A stretch of 63,950 nt of DNA, counting the filler, from Hyphochytrium catenoides (taxonomy: Eukaryota; Protista; Hyphochytriomycota), in the NCBI GenBank assembly GCA_900088475.1. It is 12 parts of 12 records of this genome, joined end to end, with 100 filler letters (N's around TTAATTAATTAA, not from the genome) between each part and the next. Parts side by side here need not be neighbours in the genome. Positions count along the whole stretch, not along the records: positions 14,334 to 36,887 come from FLMG01000384.1; positions 36,988 to 46,059 come from FLMG01000821.1; 10 more parts are not named here. One strand, given 5' to 3'. A model generated the notes under the pieces. The model was not told where the DNA came from. It did no database searches and worked only from the letters and a program-made list of their open reading frames with translations. The position numbers and the translations under genes are program-made. The stretch's first letter is position 1, and each line of letters begins with the position of its first letter. Of this stretch, positions 25,851 to 39,119 are shown one piece after another.

Positions 25851-27582
25851 CTAGGTCCTTTCTGTTGACTCTTGTCTCTTGTCTCCATTCCCTCTACACT
25901 CGCTCTTAAGAAGATCACCGCTCGGTTCCTTTCTCGCTGCCGAAAGATGTCGCTTCACTTCCTCAACTTCTAAGAAACGATGCGGAAGCACTTGATGTAG
26001 AACTCTGACACCGAGGGGTTGAGAAGGAGGCAATGCGGAAGAGGGAAAGCGCAACTCTTCCCAGGCTGGAGTGAACGGCAATCCCAGACAGTGAAGGTGC
26101 AAATGGTCGATAGAGTTATATGGGAAGTAATGGAAGCCGAATCTGGGGAGAGCACCGGGAGGATGAGGAGCGATAAGAGGGACAGAGAGAATAAAAGACG
26201 GGGGGACGGTCGAACGGAGAGATGACAGAGAGGGAGAGAGAAAGACAGACAATGGAAAGGGTTGTGAGATTAACCTTTCTGGTCCTGGAGGTGGTGCAGT
26301 TGGGACCTTAGCTGATAGTTGTCTTACCTCTTGTCTCCGCAGTGATCCTTTAACAGCTCCTCGCCAACAGAAAGCATCCGGCCCACTGCAGACGAGTACC
26401 GACGGCAGGAGTGACTAAACTAGATTAAGCGAGAAGGCAAGGAGCGGAATACACGAGCGAGAGCGTGCTAGTGAGGAGGTACAAACTACAAAAAAAAACA
26501 GGACTCGCGCAATTTAAAGCGTGAGACAGATTAAATGCGTCTTGCATGGGCCATTAACGCAGCGATCGGGAGCTGTGGCAGTGAAGTACCTAATTCTGCA
26601 TCTTCCTTCGTCGACGAAAGGTCTCGCACATCGACAATATGACGCCTGGGAACAACCTGATGAGGCAATGAATGAGATCCAATGCTAAGACCGTTGGCGT
26701 AGTTTTCTGGGGAGAAGGAGGGGCAACGAAGAAGGGACGTTGGAACAGCAAGAAGAGATGTAGACGCTTAGTGGCAGAGGGATAGGGCGGGGATTGATAG
26801 AAGCTGGATGGTTTAAGAGACACAGCTCAAAGAAGTAGGCCAGCTAAGAGCAAGGAAGTATAGAAAGAGCAAGGATGGCAAGATCAAGCGAGCCACAGCC
26901 GGAGTTGCAGAAGAGATTGCTCAAATGGAAGCAAGGAGATAGAGATTTTGCTGACGTGTCAAACAGACAGATAAGGGCAATAAAAGTGGAAAAGATTCAG
27001 GGTAGAAAAGACACAGAGAAGCCTGGGAAGAAGCTGTGGAGCATACGCCAGACCAGGAGGTGCCTCGCGGCCCGAGGCCGAATGTCTTCAAAGGCGATTA
27101 TGTCCTCATCCTAAAGATAACAATTTCTAAGCTTCAGAACCTTCAAGGGAGAGGAAAAGGCAGGCAACGGCTGACATCAAAGGAGAGCAAATGAAGAGGA
27201 GTGTGAGACAGAGAGAGAGACACACACACAAGTGAAAGCGGGCGAGGAACAGAGGAAGGCGAAGGAGAAAGGAAGAAAGACCGCAAATTTCCTGAAGGGA
27301 GAGAGATCCCTAAGAGAGCTTGTTTGCCAGAGACCCAACCTCATGGAGCAACGAGGGAAGATTACTTCCTCTCTTCGGTTCTCTAGAGACACTTCTGTTG
27401 GGCTGCTTCTTCGCTAAAGCAAACTCACAGAAGATGCAATTTTTGAGGTCTTCAGATCTGTTAGGCCTCTTCCGACCCATTAGAGCGCGAAGCACCGCGT
27501 CCAGAGGTTCCCAAAGGCCATAGTGTGCCTTGGGGCCCTCAGAGGGATGAGAGACCGCCAGTAACGTTTTGGCTGCTCTCAT
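25851..27582 (-). CDS. HINT3: HIT-family nucleotide-binding protein, HINT3-like; exons 27340-27582, 27054-27110, 26590-26656, 26328-26385, 25851-26142
   Basis: The spliced protein has CIFC, LLHE|DEDIIAFEDIRPRAARHLL|VVPRRHI and RFGFHYFPYNSIDHLHLHCL (histidine triad). All intron phases are consistent. Confidence 0.88.
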
Positions 27583-28341
27583 TTCGTCCCTCGCTTCTTC
27601 TAGCGCTTCATTTCCCCGTCAACACTGAACAGATCCGGCCCCTACTATCAGCAATCGTTGGAACCGAGTCAGCATAATCTAAAGGAACAGTGCTCGTGCC
27701 CGCAGCGACCAAAGGAGCGTCCTGCTCACTGCTCACGCTGCGTTACTCTGTCTTGCCCTGGATTGAGTCTTCATCTAGTCTCTTCTTTGATTCTGAAAGG
27801 ATGTCCTGACCAGCACTTTGTGTGATGGCGCTGATGCCTGTTGACGTATCTGAATGCCTTGCCTAACATGACATGGGTCTATTCCAGACGGAATGACCCT
27901 TCTTCGAAATAACTAGAGCCATAAAACGCTATATCTAGAATACAGCTGAATAGATTGGGCGTCGAGCTTGTGGGACCCCAGATCTGTTTATAATGGTGGA
28001 GATTCCCCCCTTCGCACATTGGTGTGGGATGGCTCTTCCACGTGAAGTTCTTATCCCAGCATGATGATTGGGAATCGCCGACTGTGGAGCCCACTTGACC
28101 ACTGCAAAGTGGCTGGNNNNNNNNNNNNNNNNNNNNNNCACCCCCCAGTTCGAATCACCGGGTCCTAAAGCAAAGAGACATCATCGATCACGAACAGAGA
28201 CATGCTGATTACAAATACAGAAGAAAGTTGGGACGATGAACAGAATGACACGGCTGTACCGTTTTACCTCTCTTCTCCTCTCTCTCTCCCGCTCTTTCTC
28301 TCTCTCTCTCTCTCTCTCACTCCTCGTTCTACCCAACTTCC

Positions 28342-29535
28342 TCACATTCTTCTGCTTCCTCTGCTCATCGTCGCACTCTGCTGCTTTCTCTTTCCGGCCG
28401 CAGCTTCTTTCTCTCTCCCCTCCATGCCGCTGCTGGGAGATACTACCAGTGGAGGCTCTTGTAGGTATTGTCGGGCCCATTTCAGCCTTTGCACGATGTT
28501 GATGGCAACACCTAGGCCGAAGAGAGAGAAAAGCTCGAGACACAGTGAAGGAAAGAGAAGGAAGAGAGAGTACATCACCACCGTCTCTGCACCCTCCACG
28601 AGAGCTTTAGGCATCCTGACAGTTGTCAGTTCAGCCTTTGGGTTCGTCCAACTTTTCACTCCTCCTTCCGTTCCCTTAGTATCCATCCCTTTCTCCTTAG
28701 TCTCCCGTTCGGCTTTCTCCTGCTGTCTTATACTTTCTCTTTTCTCGATAATGGCAGAGAGCATAAAGAGGCTTCCAGCATTGACAAAGTAAAGGCCCTC
28801 TAAGAGAGAGAGAACACACCATGTTAATCTTCTAGTGCCTTCCTCTCCCTCTGCTTTCCATCCACTAAACCCAGCTTTCTCCTGAGCTGCTTCAACCAAG
28901 GACGAGGAAAGAGACGATGGAAGAAGGTTGTCATCATTAGGGAGACCCCAAACTACGCCCACAGGAAGAATGGCGTACACCTACAACAATTCAGCAAGAG
29001 ACAGAAAGAAGAGAGAGAGGTTATTAATGCTTGAGGGGAGCATGGAGAACCACGTAATAGCCAAGTTCTGATATGCAGAGCCCATCCAATCGGCTGAGGC
29101 TGAGCTAGAGCCACCGGTCAGAGGCAGGATAGGCAAGAGGGAATGTTAGTCGGGAAGTCACAGAGAGAGAGATAGAATGAGAGGAAAAGAGACAGAGAGA
29201 GAGGGTGAAAAATGATTGGCGGCAAAACTCTGAACAGCTGCCGCATTCCTCACCGTGAAGTCCACAAGGATATCAAGATATCCTCCGAAGTCACTCTGTG
29301 TCCCCGTTACCCTCGCTATTGTCCCATCTAAGCCGTCCAGGACACGATTAACAAGCCAAAGCCCCAAAGCCCTGTCATAGTGACCTTGGCATGCAGCTAG
29401 AGCTGAGGCAAGGCCGAAGCAAAATGAGAGAAGGGTGACTTTGTTCGCCGTAAGAAACGGGAGTTTTTCCCTCACAATGACAGCAAAAGGCCGGAGAAGG
29501 TTCTCTTTGATGTCACGAAGAAGAAGGTCAAACAT
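28342..29535 (-). CDS. CDP-alcohol phosphatidyltransferase family membrane protein; exons 29254-29535, 28342-28980
   Basis: TANKVT plus the signature DGLDGTIARVTGTQSDFGGYLDILVD. The C-terminal LVEGAETVVMYSLFLLFP resembles the YnjF-like subfamily. Phase-0 GT-AG intron. Confidence 0.9.
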
Positions 29536-30199
29536 GAGGCGGCACTGTGGGCTTGGGGGCCAATAGCCAGAGTAAAGAATAAGGAGCTGCTTCTGGTTTG
29601 AAGAACTCGATGTATCCGCCAAAGACGGGTGAAGAGCGACGGACAAGCAGAGGAGAAGAAGAGCCGACCTGGAAGATAAAACCGAAGAGAGGGACTGACG
29701 CGAGTGAGTGAAAACAAGGAAAGGACCTAAGGTGCTGCGGAGCGGAAGCAGAAGGTAGAAAGGTAAAGCCACACACTGCAAGACGATTGGGATATTATGC
29801 GGTCTCCCGGCGTCCTCCAAGCACCACCTGGGTGATGACACCAATAGATAAACAATGCCGCCCTTTGTGATTGTGTGGAGGACTCATCGAGGCTGCAGGC
29901 AAGAACGAAGAAAGAGGGAGCGGAGCGAGCAACAAGGAGGAGGAGACGACGACGATGAAGGACCATCGTTTGACCCCCAAAGGCAAGCCCAAAGGTTAGA
30001 AGCCAGTGCTGGCATCACAAAAGATCTATTGGGGTATGGAAGAGTCAATCTTTCAAGATCCAAAAGTACAGGACGATTGGTTTCCAATGTTTCTTTCATG
30101 GGATATACTAAACAACATCTATCTCTGAAATCTATACGAAACCTTTTACCTTTTCTTAGCTTACATCTTTAGTTCCCTTCGTGCAAGCTCCGCTAGATT

Positions 30200-31900
30200 C
30201 GGAGACCAAGGTCGTTGTTCGTCAGAGATCTCAATCTTCTATTGAAGAAGCTCTAAAAATCAATCCAGAGTCTCCGTCAATCTGGAAATCTCTGACTAAG
30301 GGCTGGAACGATCAGAGGCCTCTCGGCAGATAAGACCTCTAATGGTCAGCAGCTTTTTGCGTGGCCGTACATCCTCACCACTAAGCTATGAAGCACTTAT
30401 CTTGACAATCTGTCAAAAGTAATGAGGCTCTCATAGCTACCACCTTCCCTTCTAGCGACCATCCAGCTCTCGACATCGATCACTCATTGTCTCTCCGTTG
30501 GCGATGCCCTGATGCATGTGGCACTAAAATATCCCTACTTTAACTCTATGCTGAATGAGAAACCGTGGCACAGAAGAAACCGTGGGCATCATAACACTAC
30601 CAAGACCTCGGATGAAAACTCACCCTTCTACCCTAACAACATAGAAGTGCCAAGATTCTTCGAGTGCCAACGTCAGATCTCAAAATGCTTCCGCACATTG
30701 TCCCGTCCAATTAAGCGCTGCTCCTTCTTCAATAGCTCTGTTAAGGGCTTACTGATCTCTCCACACTTAGGTATAAACCTTCGGGAATAGCCCACCATCC
30801 CTAAGAAAACACGCGTGGCGTACCGTTGTAGGTGCTGCATAGTCCAAGATGGCCCGAACCCTGTTCTCCGGTGGTCGTGCTCCCCCAATGGGCGGAGACA
30901 AAAAGTCCCAAGTATCTAACCTCCTTTTTACCGAAATGACATTTGAGCAGCTTTACCTTTGGATTAGCTGCTCTCAGTCTGCCAAGAACAGCCTCAAATG
31001 CTCCAGGTGATTTGCATAGGCCCTTGAGTAGGTCAACACGTATGGAAGTAGCGCATCACGAAGCGGAAACGGATGCTAATAATGTCATGTCCATGGCTCG
31101 TTGGAACACGTTTGGGCTTAACTTCGCTCCCTGTTGCAAGCGGGCGTACTTGTAAACCCGATCCTTTGTCACAAATGAGAAGGTCTGACCCGCTTCTTCT
31201 GAGATAGCGATCTGCGAAAACCCGTCTACTAGCTCCAACGCAGTGGACCATGAAGCTCCCCGTAAGTTGACCAATAGGGTCATCAGTCCGAGGGATCTCA
31301 TGCGGGTAGTCCCCAGAAACTCTATTAACTCCGGTTAGATCTAGTATGGGTCGACGTCCATCCGCAGCTTTCTTCCGTAGCATGAACGTGAGTTCCACCT
31401 TGAGAAGTCAGATGGCTTCACGATTCCTTTCTTTACAAGCTCTGCCACGTGCTCTTGGATCCGCTGTTCCTCAAGCCTTGATAGACGATACTGAGGAGTG
31501 TACACTGGCACTGCATTTCCCACATCCACGTCCACTTCCATGTTCTTGAAGCAACCTAATTCTTCTCCTTCCACCCAAAGCAAGTCTTTATGTGCCATGA
31601 GCAAAAGCTCCAGGTTGCTCTTTCTCCTCTGCTGTCAAGCGGGAGACTCTCCCTTCAATAATCTTTAATGTAGGTTCCAAAATTGACTACCCAGTCGCTT
31701 GACCACCTTCTGTGCGCCAAAATTAGTACGCTCCTTCCTTCTCGCGAGTCTTTGTCATGAACGCTGATCGTCATCTGGACTACATCGTAGAAGTTTGTCC
31801 CGAGCCACACCGGAGGATTCGTATCTCCCACGACATGGAATCGCCCTTGGAACTGAACAGGATGTTTCTCTTTCTCTTTTCGGTCTCCTATTGTTGTTAT
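30200..31900 (-). mobile_element. Decayed Ty3/Gypsy pol (RT with RNase H-side remnants), several frameshifts and stops
   Basis: Collinear fragments in different frames: VYTPQYRLS...IQEHVAELVKKGIVKPS..SRWNS, RKKAADGRRPILDLTGVN, ALELVDGFSQIAI...FSFVTKDRVYKYARLQQGAKLSPNVFQRAM, KCHFGKKEVRYLG, FLGMVGYSRRFIPKCGEISKPLTELLKK. The boundaries are approximate. Confidence 0.88.
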
Positions 31901-33060
31901 TGCTGATGATGGGATATATCATAGTCTTTCCTTCCTCTGATGATGATGGTAGAGGAGTAACGAAGAGAATTAATTCCAGAAAGAGACAAGACTTCGTTGC
32001 TCTTTCCTCTTCTTCCCCATCGTCTCTTCGTCTCCCGGTTGCCAGGTTATAACTGTCTTACCATTTGCAACTTCAAAGATGTCGTTAGTTCGATGAAGGG
32101 GAACAAATCAACAAAGGGCAAAAGAAAGGAAGGAAGATACTGGTGAAGAAATAGAGGCGGCCAAGGAGGAAGCACCAGCCCGAACAGTGCAGCAGAGTCT
32201 GGACCAAGGAAACGGTAGGAAGGGTCACCAGAGAAGAGGAAGAAAGAGAGTGAAGAAAGAGAAAGATAAGAACCTCCTCCTCCTCACACATCAAGAAGAG
32301 CAAAGTGAGAAACGATGGCATCTGGCCAAGTGCGCGGCGGGTCAGGCCTCAAAGTGGTCCCAAGGGCATCCTAGGACTACGAATCCATCTCATAAGTTTA
32401 TCATCAGTTGAATTGTGATCGACTTGATGTAGCGGCGCCTTTAAATGGAACCGACTTTGCTAACAAACCTTTGAATTGCCAGTCACGCCATCTGTGGCTC
32501 TGTACCGCTCGCTATCTTCTTCACTCATCAAGAGCTCTCCCTTTTACCATCATCTCAGGTCTACAAGATGCCCCGCCATCATCTCTCTCTTGACCTCCTT
32601 TCCTTTTCTTCTTCAACCAAGAGACATTAAAGTGAAAGCATGGCTCACAGGTAGGAGAAGCAACGCTTATGAAGGGTTTATAAAGACATTAGTCATGCCA
32701 TAAATAGAGAGGCCAACGGGCGTCACACTTGTGGGGCTTAAAGGTTGAATACAGAGAGTCTGAGAAAACCCAGAAAGGAAAGCAAGAAAAAGAGGTATAA
32801 GAACCACAAGGATAGAGTCCATGGCCAATAGGTGGACGCAAAGTCAAGGGAGGCGAGGGCTCAAACGCTTCACGGCCGGAGTCATACGGATAGAAGCAGA
32901 GGACAAGAAGGAAAAAGGGGGAGCTTCTTGCCATGGACTTATTCGAATGACTGCAGGTAGGGCAGTTCGATGTCTAGTACTAGCGAGAGAGGAAAGACAG
33001 ACAAACGAGCAAGGGTAGGAGATTGGAAATTCACTGAGAAACTGGGGAGAAAGAGGCCAA

Positions 33061-36000
33061 CTACACCGGGACAGCCCCAGGAGCGGCCTCTGACCTTGCA
33101 GTAGGGGCAGGAGATGAAGTGGCTGGCTTCGAAGAGGTAGGAAGCGATGAAGAAGCAGTCTTGGCGGCACTCTTCTTGGCCTTCACGGCCGACTTCACTC
33201 CTCCTGCTACTGCCTTCTTCTTCCCAGACGGCGTCACTTTGCTAGAGGCCTTAGCGCCCGCTTTTCCTACTCCTTTCTTCTTGCCAGGAGAGGCCTTGGC
33301 CTTGGATTTAGCCTCTTTCTTGTCCGATGGGGTCCTCTTGACTTTCTTCACAGATAGTTTGGCCACTGCTTTTTTCTTTCCGGAGCCTTTCTTGTCTCCT
33401 CCTGACTTGGTCACTCCGTCCCGCTCCTTGCCGAGTTTCCCTTGCTCGCCTGACCCTGTATCGCTTACCTTCGGCTGCGAAGCTGGGGCTTCTGCACTAC
33501 CGTCAGCTAAAGGAGAGGACGAACGACCAGGTTTCTCTGGAGTAGATAGAGCTTTCCTCTTGAAGGCTGGAGTCTTTGCAGGTGCCGCTCCTCCCTTTTG
33601 TCCTTCGGGGTGCCTCTCTTGCTCTCCATCCCTGGTGTTTGCCGTCGGTGGAAGCGTCTTCTGTCCCGCCGAAGAATCTGTCTCTTTATTATCCTTAGCG
33701 CTTTCTTGGGGCTTGTCTGCCTTGGTTGTGGACTCCTTCTGGACAGTCTTCTTCTCTCCAGTCTTCTTTGGCGCTATCTTAGGAGGACCTTTGGAAGGAG
33801 ACGCCGGAACTGATTTTTTCTTGACCTTCCGTTTCTCTTCTAATTTTTTTTTCTTTTCCTTCTCCTCTCCGTCCTCTCCTCCCCTTTTGGTTGATGCCTT
33901 CTGGTTCGCTGTTGAAGTGGAGAGATTGTTCTCCCTTTCAGTGGGCTGCTTCTTCTTCTGTTCCTCTGGCGTCTCGCTGCCTTGTGTCTCTTCTTCCATT
34001 GAGGAGAAAGATTGCTGCCTTTGTCTCCTTGTGTCCGAAGATAGCGTGAGAGAAAGATCTTCTTCTTCTTCTTCAGTTTGGGTGTCATGCTCCGCTTTTC
34101 CTGTCTTCTTCTCCCCTCTTTGTCGCTCCGTGAAGTCCAGTTTCTTTCTCTTTCCATCCTTCTCCGTCATCGCCGAGGTCTTGACCTCTCTCTCTCTCTT
34201 CTTCTTTGCTGAAGCTGAGAGAGAGAGGGACACCGAGGAGCGAGAGGGATCATCATCCATCAGCTCCCGGAAGACGTTGACATACCTTCCGTTTTCTTGA
34301 GGAGGAAGTTGGGATAGATCGGGAGCGGACGAAGTCCTTAGAGGTGTCTTTCCCTTATTTGGAAGGTAGAAGCTTTGAGGCTTCTCAGTTGAGACAGCGG
34401 ACGACGAGAGCAGAGCGTTAAGGGCGGACTGAGTGATGTCTCCTTCCGACTCACTCCATTCCCCCTCTTCTCCACTCTCTGACGAGGACGAAGAAGAAGT
34501 TGAGGATGAAGAAGAGCTGTCGTTGCCTACTACCGCCTTCTGCTTTAGAGCTTCCGAAGCACTTCTCTTCTTCTCGGAGGGGAGATTCTCACGCCGTCTC
34601 TTGTCCTGATCCCTGACACTCTCTCTGTGCATTGGGGGCTGGGAAGACTCGATGATTTGAGAGCCTAAGATCGGGCTGGTAGCCTGGGACGACTCCACTA
34701 CTTCCCTCCTCTGGGCGTCATCATCTTCTTCCTCCTCGCTGTCATCAGAAGAAGAGGTTGCTGTGCGTCTCTCATGCACCGTCCGTTCTTCAGAAACAGG
34801 CTTTTCTCCTGCTTTCTTGCTGTCTTCCTCCTCATCCTCGTCTTCCTCTTCAGAGGATGAAGAGGAGGACTCAGAAGAGTCTGAGAGAGAGGTTTCTCTC
34901 TTTCTTGATCCTTCCTCGACCTCTGGGAGCTGTTGCCCTGTAGTTGTACGTTCTTCCACGCTATCATCCTCTCTCCCGTCTTCTGAGTCGATCCTCTGTG
35001 CTTCCTCTTGCTCTTCTTCACCTGCAGAGTCGCTCTCCTCTTCGTTTACGTTCTTCTTATTAGACTGTCCTTGCTCCTTCCTTTTCTCAGTGGAAGAGAA
35101 GTGTATCTGCACCTGCGTATCATCACTATTATCACTGTCTTCTTCGCTGTCTTCGGCCTCTTCATCCTCCTCTGTACCCTTCTCTTCTCTCTTGGCTGGC
35201 TCTGGAGACTTAGGAAGCGCTCGGTTGGTCTGGATATTCATCTCTTCAGACACTGGCTCGGTATGGTCTCCTTTATCTTGTCTCTCTTCTTCTATGTCTC
35301 TTGGCTTTTCTTCATCGTCTTCACTCGCCGCAGGCTCTGCTTCGCTCTCACTCTCTATCGCATTTTTCTTCTTGCTCTGAGGAGACGCGACGCCCTTCTT
35401 CTCCAAAAGAGGAGAGGAGGAAGACAAAGCTCTATGACGAGGAGAATTCCCCACTCTTTCTTGATAATTTGAAGCTGGAGATTTGATAGAAGCCGTTTCT
35501 CTCTGTTCTGATTCTTCTTCTTCCTTCTCCTCTGCCAGTGTCCTCCTTCCATTGTGTTGAAGAAAAGCAGAGGAAGGAGACACGACAGGAAGTTTCCTAG
35601 GAGAGACGGTGCGTGCTAGCCTCGCTTCTCTCTCCACTCTTCCGCTTTCTTGTCCCTCTCTTTCTGTCTTCCGAGGGCTCGTGCTTGTTCCTCTGGAACG
35701 GACTCTCTTCACATACTCGAACTGAGACGAGAGAGAAAGAGGGAGAGAGAGCGCCAATAATTTGTGAGTACAGGGAAGGAAGGTGCAACACAGACGCAGG
35801 GCAAAGCGAGAAAGAGAGGAACAACCAGAATGGAGAGGACACCCATACAGAAGAGAAGAGAGAGAAAGAGAGAGAGAGAGAGTGATTGGTTTAAGGGGGA
35901 GAAGACTTGAGGGGAGTGGAGAGAAGAGAAAGAGAGAGCAAAAGAAAAAGAAGAAGAGGACGGAAGATGTCGGTTCGTAGGGTGCAAGTCAGAGTGAAAG

Positions 36001-36647
36001 GGCAAGCGATGAACAGACAGGAGAGATGAGTGTATAGACGACCAATCTCTATAGCAACAGAATATGAGTGAGCCTTGGGAGGAGAGAAAGAGAGGAGCGT
36101 GCTTGCAAAGAAGCAGGGACACAAAGGACAAGGGAAGAGTACGCCCCCAAAAGAGGTCTCTCTCTCTCTACTGAGTCTTCCTTACCACGCCGTCAAATGA
36201 CCTCTTCCTCTTTGCACTCTCTCTCTGACCCTCCCAGCCCAACGCGGGAGGAGGAGAGGGGGAGAGGAACCGAGAGGAGAAGGAAGAGACGTAAAGAACC
36301 TCTCCATCCGTGAGCACCTGGTCCACTTTGTAGCGGTGGGGGAGATCTATCAACCTTTTCCGAGAGAGTATCCTCTCTCTTTCTTCAGTTCTTCCCATTT
36401 CTCTCTCCTCTTCCCCTGCCAAGCTCAACACTGGCAACTCTATACATTTTCTAAGAAGAAGAGGCTGCTCTAGTCTGTCCAACTGTGGATAGAGAGAGCC
36501 GTGCAGCTCCACTATCTCCTGAGAAAGCTCCTCGAGAGAGAGAGACGGGTCCGAGACAAGCATGAGGAAGAGAGGCCCATCGTGGCACTGCACATGCAGG
36601 TGCTTGACGAGGCCATGTCCTGGCCCTCCTGCCTTTCCTAGAGCCAT
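33061..36647 (-). CDS. About 1040-aa protein with a Net1/Dnt1-like globular N-terminal domain, acidic/Ser-rich tracts and a Lys/Ala-rich tail (nucleolar scaffold-like); exons 36186-36647, 33061-35721
   Basis: A phase-0 GT-AG intron (35722-36185) joins the 154-aa N-terminal exon to the long ORF. The composition of the long exon resembles Nopp140/treacle and histone H1 tails. The functional label is inference. Confidence 0.7.
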
Positions 36648-37033
36648 GGCTTGCCGCTTCTCTCTTTGGTTTGTCTCTTCTCTCGCTTGCTGTTATTGCG
36701 ATCTCGCCCCTCCCAACCCTCTCCTCTAGGGCGAACGGCGGTGCTCCAATAATCGTTGCTTCGGTAGCAGTGACAGGTCCCATCTGTGAGGAGCTCGCCT
36801 TCTCTCTCTCTTCCAGAGACTCTTTCTCTCTCTTCCAGACTCTCTCTCTCTCTCTCTTCCGACTCTCTCTCTCTCTCTCTTCCAGACNNNNNNNNNNNNN
36901 NNNNNNNNNNNNNNNNNNNNNNNNNNNNNNNTTAATTAATTAANNNNNNNNNNNNNNNNNNNNNNNNNNNNNNNNNNNNNNNNNNNNGCAAGAGAGAGGA
37001 GTTGGGGATATTACGTCTCTCTCTTCTTCTTCG

Positions 37034-37282
37034 ATGGGAGATGATCCAACAGCTGCTCCCTTTCTTCCTCTCTCTTTCATGGAGCAAAAGCCTCCGGTCA
37101 AGAATTCTTCTCTTCCTCTCTCTTCCGCCGCGCTTCTCTCTTCTGTGGAGCTGGGTCCAAATGAGAACTTTGTGGAGGTGGAGTTCAAGCGTTTGAGAAG
37201 AGAAGTCTTTCTTGGGCCAGACACCTTTAGGCTGGGAGAGCTTGTCAAGGTCAGAACTGCAAGAGAGAGAGAGAGAGAAGGG

Positions 37283-37321
<39 letters not shown>

Positions 37322-37781
37322 TGATGATGATGGAAAGGAGAGAGGCGTCTTTCAGAGAAAGGGATCTACCAGAAAGAATTGAATAAAGGAAAAAGGTGGC
37401 CCGAGGCACGGCAGAAGGAGACACATTTGGGAAAAAAGGGAAGTGAGAGGAAAAAGAATCAAAGAGAGAGAAGGAGAGAGAAAATGATACTTAGTAGGTG
37501 GTGGTGGGATTATCTTTTTCTGACGGATGGACGTTCCCGCTCTCTCTCTCTCTCTTTCTCTTTCTTTCTCTTTCTCTCTCTCTCTCTCTTCTCAGGTTGA
37601 AGCTGATCGTGGTGAAGATCTTGGGCGCATCGTGAACATCTCTAAAGATATTTCGGATGTGAACGCGTCAGCATTGGCACCAGCCATTTCTAAGAACGGA
37701 GGAAAGGACAATGGCCGCAGCTTGAGACGTATTCTTAATCTGGCCTCGGAGGACGAGGTCAAGAGAGCCATCAAGAAGGTA

Positions 37782-37823
<42 letters not shown>

Positions 37824-38964
37824 TAGGAGACAATAAGACAAAGCAGAGAGAGAGGACTAGGTATCCACCGAAGACCAAGTGGAAGAAAAAGGAGAGAGGG
37901 AAAGGTCATGGCAGCTCCAAACGAAAGAAGAAGAGATACTTTCACCACTTGTTCCGGGCCGTGCTACTTTTCTTCTCTTGGCTGACTGTTCTTTTTTTAT
38001 CTTCCCTTCTCTCTTCTGCCGGGTTTTTCTCTCTCCTGCCTCCCTTTTCCTCCTCTGGCAGGCCGAAGAAGAGGCAGAGGTGTTGGAGGTTTGTCGCGCG
38101 AAGGTCCGCCAGCGCGCTTTGCCTATGAAAGTGATAGACGCGGAGTTCCAGTTTGATCATCACAAGCTCACTTTCTTCTTTGAGGCCGACAGGTTGGTCT
38201 CCTACTGTCTGTTCCTCTCTTTCTCTCTTCTCCTCTTCTCTCTTTCTCTTTCTCTCCGCGCTTCTTCGTCATATGCTTCTTCTGTCCCTTCTTGGTTGCG
38301 CTACTACCGCAGTGTCAGTCTCTTTCTTCTCCCACTTCTTCTTTCTGTCCCCCTCTCTTGTGCGTGTTTTCACACGAGACAGAGAGAGAGAAAGAGAGAG
38401 AGAGCTGCGGCCTCTTTCTTGTGCTTTCTTTCCTTGGCAAGGTGTCCATTGTCCCGCGACAGTCTGTTACGATGCCTCTAGTGCTGAATGACAGTTATAT
38501 CTCGTGAGCAGCTCTCTTCGTTCTTCCCCCTTTTTCTCTCTCTCTCTCTCTCTCTTTCTTGTTTTTTAGCTAGCAACTCACTTCTCTCCGCCCTCTCCTC
38601 GCTTTAGGCGCATTGACTTCCGCGAGCTGGTGCGTGACCTGTTTACTCTTTATAAGACGCGCATCTGGATGCAGCACGTCACCCCTCCTGGAACCAAGAG
38701 GGCCGCCGGAGGTAAGGAAGAGACATTTCTTTCTCTTTCTTCTTTCTCTTCCTCTCGGCCGCTTTTCTCTCTCAACGTATATGCTGCGCTTTGTCGGGAC
38801 CCCGCCCCTTAGCCTCTCTCTATCTTCCTTTCCTGCTCTCTCCCTCTTTCTCTTTCTCTTGTCTCTCTCTCCCTCTTTCCGGAGCTTATCTCTGTCCATC
38901 TTCGTCTATCGCTCAATGTTCGATCTCTGTGCCTCATTCTCTCGCTCCACCCTCTCGGAACTAA

Positions 38965-38997
<33 letters not shown>

Positions 38998-39119
38998 CTA
39001 CACACACAATCCGTTTTCCTGCACTTCTGGAAACAGTTTCAGCATCCGCCCCAGCGCCAGCCATGCCTTCTGCTCTCTCCCTGCCCACCTCTTCCTCTCT
39101 GGAAGGAGATAGAGAATAG
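37034..39119 (+). CDS. PSP1 C-terminal domain protein (start may lie further upstream); exons 37034-37249, 37596-37778, 38062-38192, 38608-38711, 39037-39119
   Basis: VEVEFKRLR...GELVK|VEADRGEDLG and LPMKVIDAEFQFDHHKLTFFFEADR|RIDFRELVRDLFTLYKTRIWMQ are the PSP1 hallmarks. Confidence 0.92.

Noticed and set aside
28139-28170. GTTCGAATC tRNA T-loop motif
   Set aside because: There is no complementary T-stem or acceptor stem, and the upstream sequence is a gap.
33119-34300. 393-aa plus-strand ORF
   Set aside because: It is the antisense shadow of the low-complexity minus-strand gene.
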